From a bacterium (GTDB taxonomy: Bacteria; Cyanobacteriota; Vampirovibrionia; Gastranaerophilales; Gastranaerophilaceae), in contig JAFUEV010000044.1 in assembly GCA_017470245.1 (NCBI GenBank), positions 51,904 through 115,903 on the forward strand: a DNA stretch of 64,000 bases, read 5' to 3'. Shown here piece after piece: positions 53,555-62,293 of the stretch (within the stretch, counting starts at the first letter, position 1; each line of letters starts with the position of its first letter). The notes under the pieces were generated by a model. It had not been told where the DNA came from and did no database searches. It was given only the letters and a program-made list of their open reading frames with translations. The position numbers and the translations under genes were made by a program.

Positions 53555-55042
53555 ATGTTAGTATCATTAAATAGAGTAAAAAATCAATACTTTAAGAATA
53601 ATATTTCTAAAAATACACATATAAAGAAATATTCCTCTTTAGCACCATTGAAATATGATGTTATATCTTTTAAAAAAGGTGCAAAAATTGAACCTAAAGA
53701 TATGCATCTTGCTCCAAAACATTCTGATTGCAGACGTGTGTATGATGATGCTGAACCTGCTATGTATTTAATGGAAAAAGTTTTAGATAAATATGTTGGT
53801 CCTTTAACAGAAAAGAAAATTGGTACAGATAAACATTCTGCTGTTGTATATAAAGTAAAAAGGAAATCACCTGACAGTATTAGGGAAAAAGTTTTATCTA
53901 AATACTCACATGCTGCAAAACGAGATGAAGATGACTTCTGTATGCTGGCTACCCAAGAACTTATAAGATTCTTACCATTGAAACCTGATGTTAATGAATC
54001 AAATATTGATGCTGTACTAAGACGATGCATTAATTATTATGCTAATAATACAAAACTTCCTCCTCATGCTAATGCACCTACAATATTGGGTAATATGAGA
54101 AAAGACCTTGCAGCATACAGTTTGTTTGAGCTTGATAAAGTTTCTGAAGAAACTGTTGATAAAGTTTTTGCGGATACGATTGAAAAAATTCAAACACAAA
54201 ATGTTAAAAATAAACATATCGTCAATGATACATATATTTCTCCTGAAACTGTAGAAGGAATAAAACATTATGCAAATGATATTTGTCAATCAAGAATTAT
54301 TCTTAAATATCCGGATAAACAGTATACACAACAGGTTTTAAACGCAATAGAACAAGCTGCAAAAGATAACGCTATTAAAATTAAGTCGGTTGAAAATAAT
54401 TTGCCATCACCTGATAGACTAAGTGATGGGGAAGATATTACTGATTACGAATATGTTGACGAAGTTGCATTAAGAAAATTTTCTAAAAGTGTAGGCGCTG
54501 AATATATAAGAAATACTTCTAAGTCCGGATATATGGGTATACATATAAATTTAGATTTGTCAAAACCTCAATTTAATTCTGCATATAATAATTTTTCCGG
54601 TGAAATTCAAATTATCGGACAAGATGTTATGGAATTAAAAGAAGTTGAAGATTTGTGTTATAAAATAAAAGATAATAAAAATATAGCAAACAGAGGCTAT
54701 CTAACTTTTCAAGATTATTTCACAAGTTTTTACAATGAGGATTGTAAACAAGCATTTGATGATTATACTTATTCTTTATACATGTATCAAAGAAAATTGC
54801 CGCCAACTTTTGAATCATATAAATCATTTCCGACTATTGAAGAATTGGGATTTGAAGGTAAAGTTCCGGAACAACTTGATTACAATAAACTTAAAGTTAT
54901 AAAGGAAAGTTGTGATAAGACTATCGAAAGAAAAACTGAAATTGAAAATAAGTCTAAGTCACAAAATATAACTCTTTCATATGTTAAGAAAAGAGCTGCA
55001 ATTGATGGTATGAAACAAATTGTTGATTTTCTGTTACGTTAA
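53555..55042 (+). CDS. Divergent RelA/SpoT-fold (RSH synthetase-like) nucleotidyltransferase protein
   Basis: 495 aa. KVKRKSPDSIREKVLSK compares with RVKSPESILEKIRRK, NDICQSRIIL with DIAGIRVI, SGYMGIHINL with SGYRSLHLIV, and GEIQIIGQDVMELKEVEDLCYK with EIQIRT...EH..YK. Two long insertions separate the motifs. The N-terminal leader is Lys/Asn-rich. Confidence 0.65.
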   Translation: MLVSLNRVKNQYFKNNISKNTHIKKYSSLAPLKYDVISFKKGAKIEPKDMHLAPKHSDCRRVYDDAEPAMYLMEKVLDKYVGPLTEKKIGTDKHSAVVYKVKRKSPDSIREKVLSKYSHAAKRDEDDFCMLATQELIRFLPLKPDVNESNIDAVLRRCINYYANNTKLPPHANAPTILGNMRKDLAAYSLFELDKVSEETVDKVFADTIEKIQTQNVKNKHIVNDTYISPETVEGIKHYANDICQSRIILKYPDKQYTQQVLNAIEQAAKDNAIKIKSVENNLPSPDRLSDGEDITDYEYVDEVALRKFSKSVGAEYIRNTSKSGYMGIHINLDLSKPQFNSAYNNFSGEIQIIGQDVMELKEVEDLCYKIKDNKNIANRGYLTFQDYFTSFYNEDCKQAFDDYTYSLYMYQRKLPPTFESYKSFPTIEELGFEGKVPEQLDYNKLKVIKESCDKTIERKTEIENKSKSQNITLSYVKKRAAIDGMKQIVDFLLR

Positions 55043-55043
55043 T

Positions 55044-55475
55044 TTATCTGTATGAACGCATAGCTTTATTCATAAGATTTGTTAAAACCGGAACGTAGAA
55101 TATTCTTCCAAGTAACACGCCAACAATTATATATAATAATAGTGTTGTTATTATTAATTGAAATATTGTGAACGAAAAGCCAAGTATACTAACTATTTTT
55201 ACTGATATAAATAAATTAAATATTGCAGTAATGAATTCTAAAAATGGTATTAATGCTATAATCCTCAATATTAAACCGATTGCGTAAAATAAAATTGCAC
55301 AAATTAATGATATAAGCATAGACTGAACAATGTTATACATTAAAAAGTATCTTAGATTTCTCTTCATAAGATAAGCAATAATTATCCAAATTAGTCCAAT
55401 CATTCCCATTGACATATATGAAAGAATAGAAATTATTTTTTCTATTGGTGAAACATTGTTTAAATTATGCTGCAT
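55044..55475 (-). CDS. Small polytopic membrane protein (Tic20/DUF4870-like)
   Basis: It has 4 TM segments, and IEKIISILSYMSMG...MYNIVQSML fits the Tic20-like pattern. The start is uncertain. Met at 55475, 55490 or 55526 are all possible, and all overlap the end of the upstream TPR gene. Confidence 0.5.
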   Translation of the reverse strand: MQHNLNNVSPIEKIISILSYMSMGMIGLIWIIIAYLMKRNLRYFLMYNIVQSMLISLICAILFYAIGLILRIIALIPFLEFITAIFNLFISVKIVSILGFSFTIFQLIITTLLLYIIVGVLLGRIFYVPVLTNLMNKAMRSYR

Positions 55476-56535
55476 CTTGATTGTCACCATTATTTCTGTT
55501 TTTAATGTACTCTTGTATAATTTCAATATAAATTAGTTTTATTTCATCGTTTTCAGTATCAATATCAACTGCTTGTTTATACATCGATATTGCAGAACGT
55601 AAATCTTTTAACATAACATAAGTATTACCCAACAATGTAAATGCATTTGAATTGCTTGGCTGAACTTCAATAACTTTTTTGTATTGCTCAATAGCTTCTT
55701 CATATTTTTGCTCTGAACAATATAAATTTCCAAGCAGCATATATGCATTTATTGATGACGGTTTAATTGAAATTGCTTTATTATACATTTCTATAGCATC
55801 ATCAATTCTGTTTTGTTCATACAATGAAATAGCGTAACAAACGTATGCTTGATAATAACCAGCTTGATGTTTTATAGTATCTTCAAAAAGCTTATTTGCT
55901 TTTATATAGTTTTTATCTGCAGAGTATGCATTTGCGCAATATAGTTTGAAAACAGGGTTAGAAGGTTCAAGTTTTATTGCATCTTCAAATAATTCGGCAG
56001 CTGTTCCGTTTCTCCCTATTTTCATTAATACTAAAGCAAGATTTACATAGTTTTCAGAACTGTCTTTTTTGAGTTTTAATGCTTTTTCGTAGTATATAAT
56101 TGCTTCTTCATAATTTTCTTTATCTTGATAAAGCATTGCAATTGCAGAATATACTTGATAATTATTTTTATCCATATTTAATGCTTTAATATAGTTAGAC
56201 ATTGCTTGTTTAAACTCACCAAGCTCTGCAAATGCATTACCAAGGTTATAATATAATGAAAGATTATCTATACCTAAATTAACTGCTCTTGAATAATAGT
56301 TAACCGCCTTTTTATAATCAGAATTTAAAAAGCTAATACTTCCTAAATTTGTTAATGCTATATAGTTATTTGGTTCTATATTTAGCAAACTTTCATAAAC
56401 ATTTTCAGCCATTTCATATTCACTACGGTGAAAATACATATTGGCCAATTGTAAGTAGTTATCAGAAATATTTGGATTATCTACTATCTTTTTTATTAAT
56501 TCTTCTATTAAAATTTTTTCGTTATTCTTTTTCAT
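55465..56535 (-). CDS. Tetratricopeptide repeat protein
   Basis: 356 aa with about 9 consecutive 34-aa TPR units (for example AENVYESLLNIEPNNYIALTNLGSISFLNSDYKKA). Confidence 0.8.
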   Translation of the reverse strand: MKKNNEKILIEELIKKIVDNPNISDNYLQLANMYFHRSEYEMAENVYESLLNIEPNNYIALTNLGSISFLNSDYKKAVNYYSRAVNLGIDNLSLYYNLGNAFAELGEFKQAMSNYIKALNMDKNNYQVYSAIAMLYQDKENYEEAIIYYEKALKLKKDSSENYVNLALVLMKIGRNGTAAELFEDAIKLEPSNPVFKLYCANAYSADKNYIKANKLFEDTIKHQAGYYQAYVCYAISLYEQNRIDDAIEMYNKAISIKPSSINAYMLLGNLYCSEQKYEEAIEQYKKVIEVQPSNSNAFTLLGNTYVMLKDLRSAISMYKQAVDIDTENDEIKLIYIEIIQEYIKNRNNGDNQDAA

Positions 56536-56582
56536 AAGATAATTATACTCATTTATGTATTCTGTATCAAATAGTTACAATA

Positions 56583-57509
56583 TTAAATTATTGATTTAAA
56601 ATATTTTATTGTTCTTGAAATACCATCAACTACTGAAACTTTAGGCTCCCAATTTAAAACCTTTTTGGCAACCGTAATATTGGGTTCTCTTTGTACCGGA
56701 TCATCTTGCGGTAATTCTTTAAATATAATTTCTGATTTTGAATTAGTTAATTCTATAATCAGTTTTGCAAACTCTAAAATTGTACGTTCCCCCGGATTTC
56801 CTAAATTTACGGGACTATCATAATCACTGTTCATAAGTTTAATTAATCCATCAACCAGGTCATCAACATAACAAAATGCTCTTGTTTGATTTCCTGTTCC
56901 ATATACAGTTATTGGTTCATTTCTTAACGCTTGGACTATGAAATTAGAAACAACTCTGCCGTCATTTAATGCCATTCTTGGACCGTAAGTATTAAATATA
57001 CGTGCAATTCTGATATCAACGTTATTCTGTCTGTGATAATCCATCATTAGAGTTTCTGCACAACGTTTACCTTCATCATAACAACTTCTTATCCCTATTG
57101 GATTAACATTACCCCAGTATTCTTCAACTTGTGGATGTATTTGAGGATTGCCGTATATTTCACTTGTACTTGCTTGTAATATTCTTGCTTTACACCTTTT
57201 AGCAAGTCCAAGCATATTAATAATACCCATAACAGATGTTTTGATGGTCTTTATTGGGTTATATTGATAGTGAACAGGAGATGCTGGACAAGCTAAATTA
57301 TATATTTGGTCAACTTCTGCTAAATATTCGACTATTACATCATGTCTTACAAGCTCAAATCTGTTATTGCCTATTAAATGTCTTATATTGTCTTTTGACC
57401 CTGTAAAGAAGTTGTCTAAACAAATAATATCGTTACCTTCATTTAATAATCTTTCTGATAAATGTGAACCTATAAAGCCGGCTCCACCGGTAATTAATAT
57501 CCTTTTCAA
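56583..57509 (-). CDS. UDP-glucuronate decarboxylase (UXS-type SDR)
   Basis: 308 aa. It has [11 protein letters not shown], the catalytic YDEGKRCAE, and strong overall UXS/ArnA-C-terminal-like character. Confidence 0.85.
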   Translation of the reverse strand: MKRILITGGAGFIGSHLSERLLNEGNDIICLDNFFTGSKDNIRHLIGNNRFELVRHDVIVEYLAEVDQIYNLACPASPVHYQYNPIKTIKTSVMGIINMLGLAKRCKARILQASTSEIYGNPQIHPQVEEYWGNVNPIGIRSCYDEGKRCAETLMMDYHRQNNVDIRIARIFNTYGPRMALNDGRVVSNFIVQALRNEPITVYGTGNQTRAFCYVDDLVDGLIKLMNSDYDSPVNLGNPGERTILEFAKLIIELTNSKSEIIFKELPQDDPVQREPNITVAKKVLNWEPKVSVVDGISRTIKYFKSII

Positions 57510-57518
57510 GTTTATCTC

Positions 57519-59333
57519 CTAACTTTGATTTGCTTCTTTATTTTTAAATTGCATTTCGTATAGATGTTTATAATGACCTTTTTCAATTGATAGTAATTGT
57601 TCATGTGTTCCGAGTTCAACAAGTTCACCATCATTTATAACTGCAATTCTGTCTGCATTTTTTATTGTTGAAAGTCTGTGGGCAATGACAAAAACTGTTT
57701 TATTTTGCATTAAGTTATCAATTGCTTTTTGAACAATTGCTTCGGATTCATTATCCAATGCTGAAGTTGCTTCATCAAGGATAACAATTGGGGTATTTCT
57801 AATCATTGCTCTTGCAATTGCAACTCTTTGTCTTTGACCTCCTGATAGTGTCAGTCCTCTTTCACCAAGTACTGTATCTAAGCCTTTAGGCAAATCATTA
57901 ATTACTTCAGTAAGATGAGATGCTTCAATTGCCATTTTTAGCTCATTATCAGTAGCATCAGGTTTTGCCAAAATAATATTTTCTCTGATTGTTCCTGCAA
58001 ATAAAAAGTTGTCTTGGAAAACAAATGAAATAGAATTTCTTAAATCTTTTAGTTTGAAGTCTTTAATATTTATTCCGTCAAATCTTATTGCTCCGTTGTT
58101 AACATCGTAAAATCTTGGTAACAAATTAACTAAAGTGGATTTTCCTCCACCTGAATTACCGACAATAGCAAGTGTTTCTCCGATTTTTACATTTAAGTTT
58201 ATATTTTTTAAAACAGGTTTATCTTTTACATATTCAAAAGAAACATTGTCAAATACGATATTTTGTTGCAATTTCGGTACGTCTACTGTTTTATCTGAAT
58301 CTTTTATTTCAGGTATATAGTCAAATAACTCAAACACCCTGCCCATTGCAACAAAAATACTTTGGAATTTTGTTAATGTTTGTCCTAAAGTCTTAACAGG
58401 TTTATATAATAATAATAATGAAGTTACAAATGAAGCAAAGGAACCTGCGGTCATGTGTCCTGCATATATTAGTTTTGTTCCGTAATATAAAACAAATGCA
58501 ATACCAAATGATGCTATTAAGTACATTATTGGTGACATCCAACCAACACGTTTTGTTAAAGATATTGAAACATTGAAGCTATTATTTATACCTATATTAA
58601 AGTTTCTTTTTTGTCTTTCTTGTAAATTATATGCAGTAACAACTTTATTTCCTGAGTATGTTTCATTCATAGTTGTTGTAATATCACCCATAATAACTGT
58701 ATTTTGATTAGATACGGATTTAATTTTTTTTCTAATGAAAAATACCGGAATAAACGCAAGAGTTAATACTACTACGCCAACTGTCGCAAGTTTCCAAGAA
58801 CTATACAACATTACAGCAATGAGCGATAATGCACCAAATAAACTGATAATAAATGTTTTAATTTGTTCAACAACACCTTTAGATGCTTGGTCTGGATCTG
58901 ACAAATACCTGCTAATAACAAGTCCGGATGGATTTTCATCAAAAAATGAAGTATCCATGTAAACTAAATTTGCGAATAATGCATTTTTTACACTATTAGT
59001 AATTTTTAAACTTGTCCAATCTGTTAAATAAACATTAATATATCTTAATACGCCTTGAAATGCTGCAAATAAAATAATTGCAAAAGGCATACCAACAGCC
59101 ATTGCGGAATAAGATATTTCATGACCAAATATAACTAAATTCTGTTGTCCAACTACATAATCCATATATGGTTTTAATGCAAAAGAAACAACACCATCCA
59201 ATAATCCAACAGGAATCGCTATAATAAACCCTATAATTACTCTGCCTAAAAATGGCTTGATGAATGGGAAAATTCTTTTTAATAACCAACCGTATCTAAA
59301 AGATGTAAGTGCCTGCGTATTTTTTAATTTCAT
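57519..59333 (-). CDS. ABC transporter permease/ATPase, MsbA-like lipid exporter
   Basis: 604 aa with 6 TM segments. Walker A is GNSGGGKST, the signature is LSGGQRQR and Walker B is IVILDEATS. Confidence 0.85.
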   Translation of the reverse strand: MKLKNTQALTSFRYGWLLKRIFPFIKPFLGRVIIGFIIAIPVGLLDGVVSFALKPYMDYVVGQQNLVIFGHEISYSAMAVGMPFAIILFAAFQGVLRYINVYLTDWTSLKITNSVKNALFANLVYMDTSFFDENPSGLVISRYLSDPDQASKGVVEQIKTFIISLFGALSLIAVMLYSSWKLATVGVVVLTLAFIPVFFIRKKIKSVSNQNTVIMGDITTTMNETYSGNKVVTAYNLQERQKRNFNIGINNSFNVSISLTKRVGWMSPIMYLIASFGIAFVLYYGTKLIYAGHMTAGSFASFVTSLLLLYKPVKTLGQTLTKFQSIFVAMGRVFELFDYIPEIKDSDKTVDVPKLQQNIVFDNVSFEYVKDKPVLKNINLNVKIGETLAIVGNSGGGKSTLVNLLPRFYDVNNGAIRFDGINIKDFKLKDLRNSISFVFQDNFLFAGTIRENIILAKPDATDNELKMAIEASHLTEVINDLPKGLDTVLGERGLTLSGGQRQRVAIARAMIRNTPIVILDEATSALDNESEAIVQKAIDNLMQNKTVFVIAHRLSTIKNADRIAVINDGELVELGTHEQLLSIEKGHYKHLYEMQFKNKEANQS

Positions 59334-59605
59334 AATTTACTCATTTTTTGTCTATTCGTCTTAAAAATCTACCAATTAAATTTTATAGATTATTTTCCTA
59401 CATGTAATATTTTATAATGAACAAAATAATGTTTATAATTTGATACATAAGTTAATAGAATTTAAAAAATTTGAAACAAAAATTTTTTTTTGATAATATC
59501 CAATTATGGTCTCAATGTAACAAATAGTTAATTTTGTGTTACAAAAGTAGCAATAGTTTATATTTACATAACTTGTAAATAGTGTGTTTATAAAAGGGGT
59601 ATAGT

Positions 59606-62248
59606 ATGAGTTTAGGAGTTTTTTCAGATTTTAGGACAAATGTGCCTATAGGTAGTAATCCAGTCAAGAAGGAGGAAGTAAAGCAGAACCCTGCTGATAC
59701 TCAGCCTGCTGAAACATCAAAAGCAAAGGAATTAATTAAAACTTATGCACCAATTGTAATTCCTCTTGCTGCAATACCAATCACTGCAGGAATAACATAT
59801 AAATTGTCAAATAAAGGAACAGATAAATTAAAAAGCGAGGTTCAGGCTTTAACCAGAGAAATTGCAAATCTAAAAATTATGAATGAAGAACATTCAAAGC
59901 TAATATCTGATGCATTAAAAAAACAATCTGTAAAAAATAAAAAAGCTAATGCACAAATATGGTCAGCACTTATTGCTGCTGCAGGGTTAACCGCAGCAGG
60001 AAAAATGTCAAAAAGTGAAATTTCTGATGCTCTCGGAAACAGAGTTTCATCAATTGAATCAAAATCTAATATTGCATCTGCTAATGCAAATCAAGCTCTT
60101 GCACAGAATGGTAACAGTCTTGGTACAAAATATGTTAAAGATTTCTTTGGTGTCCAATTGTTGCAAAATTCCGATGCATTAAACAAAAATGAACAAAAAT
60201 ATCAAAAGGCTATTACACATATAAAAGAAGCCGCTCCTAAATATTTATATAATCAACCTGATGTAAAACCCCTTACAAAAGAAAATCCTACAATATGGTC
60301 AGTTACCTCTGAATTTGCTCCTATTAAAGAAGGCGGTTTGGGTTCTGTTCCTGTTGAAGTCCAAAACAATGTTACAAAATTAGGTATTGATATTCCTACA
60401 TTTATTCCAATGTACCAACAAAAAGGAATTGCATCATTCAGACAAGAAGGCGACAAATATATTTATTCTTATAAAGGTAAAGAATTTAACTTAGATAAAG
60501 TTCTTTCATTTAAAGTTGATACTTATCAAAATTCAAAAGCAAAAACAGAAGATGTTGAAGTATATGTTAGTAATTCTACAGATAAAGACGGTAATAAAAA
60601 ACAGTTAGTATTCATTAAAAATGATAATTATTTCAACGGAACAATATATCAAAGCAGCGAAAAGACAGAAGAACCAGAAAAATTTGCTTTCTTCTCTAAA
60701 GCTGTTTATGAATTAGCAAAAGCAAAAGAAGATATAAATTCTATAAAAAATGCAACTATAACAGACAAAGAAGCTTTTGATTCAATAAAAGCTCCTGATG
60801 CTATGATATTAAATGATTGGCAAGCATCACCAATTGCAGCACTTGCAAGATATAAAGCACCAATGGAAAATGCGTACGGTCAATTATCTGACAATGTTTC
60901 CGATAAATTTAAAGATATGACAATTATAACAATCGGACATAATGCAATGTATCAGGGTTCAACAAGAAATAATAATAACGATGCTCAAAGACGTGATGCA
61001 ACTTCAAATATTTTAAATACATTGTTTGATAATTTCGCTTATGATATTGTATCAAATGCAAAAACAGGGGCATCTGAAACTAATACTGCAGATACGGGAC
61101 TCAGAAATTTAGATAATGTACTAGTAATTAATGCGCATGATTCACATTCTAATCACGCTAACTTGTTAAATATTGGTGTATGTCTAAGTAATTATTTCCA
61201 TCCTGTATCTCAAAATTATGCAAAAGAAATAATTTCAGATAATCATCCGGATTTGGCAGGTGAATTAAGATGGGCATTAAATAGAAGAAATGATACAGGT
61301 TCTCTTGTCGGTATTATTAATGGTAATGACTTCAATAATTTATCTATTGAAGCAAAGAAAGCTCAAATTAAAAATTTAACCGGTTTAGATTTTGAAACAT
61401 ACGATAAAACAAGTGATATAGATGATATTATGTCAGCAAGAACAGCAAATAAAATTAATTTCTATAACAACTATATTCTTCCGTTCTCAATGAAAAATGA
61501 TAGTTCTAATAATTCTGAAAAAGTTGAAAATATCAGAAAATTATCCAGTAAATTAGAATTTGTAGATAAAAACGGAAAGACAGTTTTACCGGAATTGACG
61601 GATGAAGAACTTGCACAAACACCTGTTATAACATCTGTAGGAAGATTAGTTTCTCAAAAAGGTATTGGTGTTATGACAGAATCAATTAAAATGTTATTTG
61701 ATAATTGGGAAAAAGATTTTCCTGGAAAACCTAAACCAATATTCTATTTGGGCGGACAAGATGCAGAGGGTGGCTCTCAAAGAAAATATATTGAAGATTT
61801 AAAAAATATTAAATTATCTCAAAATGATTCTAATAGAGTAGTGTTTGCACATGGTTTTGCACCGATGGCAGGTTTAACTGCTGCTTCTGATTTCTTCTTG
61901 TTACCAAGTATATTTGAACCTTGTGGTTTAACTCAAGGTGAGTCATTCGCTGTCGCAACACCTGTTATTGCAAGTGCAGTCGGTGGTATTGTTGATACTG
62001 TCAACAGAGATGGCAGAAATAACGGTATATTGACTGATGTTGAAGAAAAATTAACTTCTAAAGCATTTTATGAAGCAATGAAAAAAGGTTTAGATATTTA
62101 TTTCAACGATAAAGAAACATATAAATCAATGGTAAAAGATTCATTAGATGAGGACTTCAGCTGGATACAAAAAGGGAAACAAGGTCCTGTTTATGATTAT
62201 CTTGAGAAATTAGGTATTGAAAGAAATCTATTACCAGACGTTGCATAG
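59606..62248 (+). CDS. Glycogen/starch synthase-like GT5 enzyme with a 228-aa membrane-anchored, coiled-coil N-terminal extension
   Basis: 880 aa. The TM helix is YAPIVIPLAAIPITAGITYKL (aa 47-67). The GT5 start is IWSVTSEFAPIKEGGLGSV (compare KTGGLGDV). The C-terminal region is PSIFEPCGLTQGESFAVATPVIASAVGGIVDTV. Confidence 0.8.
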   Translation: MSLGVFSDFRTNVPIGSNPVKKEEVKQNPADTQPAETSKAKELIKTYAPIVIPLAAIPITAGITYKLSNKGTDKLKSEVQALTREIANLKIMNEEHSKLISDALKKQSVKNKKANAQIWSALIAAAGLTAAGKMSKSEISDALGNRVSSIESKSNIASANANQALAQNGNSLGTKYVKDFFGVQLLQNSDALNKNEQKYQKAITHIKEAAPKYLYNQPDVKPLTKENPTIWSVTSEFAPIKEGGLGSVPVEVQNNVTKLGIDIPTFIPMYQQKGIASFRQEGDKYIYSYKGKEFNLDKVLSFKVDTYQNSKAKTEDVEVYVSNSTDKDGNKKQLVFIKNDNYFNGTIYQSSEKTEEPEKFAFFSKAVYELAKAKEDINSIKNATITDKEAFDSIKAPDAMILNDWQASPIAALARYKAPMENAYGQLSDNVSDKFKDMTIITIGHNAMYQGSTRNNNNDAQRRDATSNILNTLFDNFAYDIVSNAKTGASETNTADTGLRNLDNVLVINAHDSHSNHANLLNIGVCLSNYFHPVSQNYAKEIISDNHPDLAGELRWALNRRNDTGSLVGIINGNDFNNLSIEAKKAQIKNLTGLDFETYDKTSDIDDIMSARTANKINFYNNYILPFSMKNDSSNNSEKVENIRKLSSKLEFVDKNGKTVLPELTDEELAQTPVITSVGRLVSQKGIGVMTESIKMLFDNWEKDFPGKPKPIFYLGGQDAEGGSQRKYIEDLKNIKLSQNDSNRVVFAHGFAPMAGLTAASDFFLLPSIFEPCGLTQGESFAVATPVIASAVGGIVDTVNRDGRNNGILTDVEEKLTSKAFYEAMKKGLDIYFNDKETYKSMVKDSLDEDFSWIQKGKQGPVYDYLEKLGIERNLLPDVA

Positions 62249-62293
62249 TTGCATAAACTTGCCTAAAAATTGAATATAATTTATCATTGTAAT

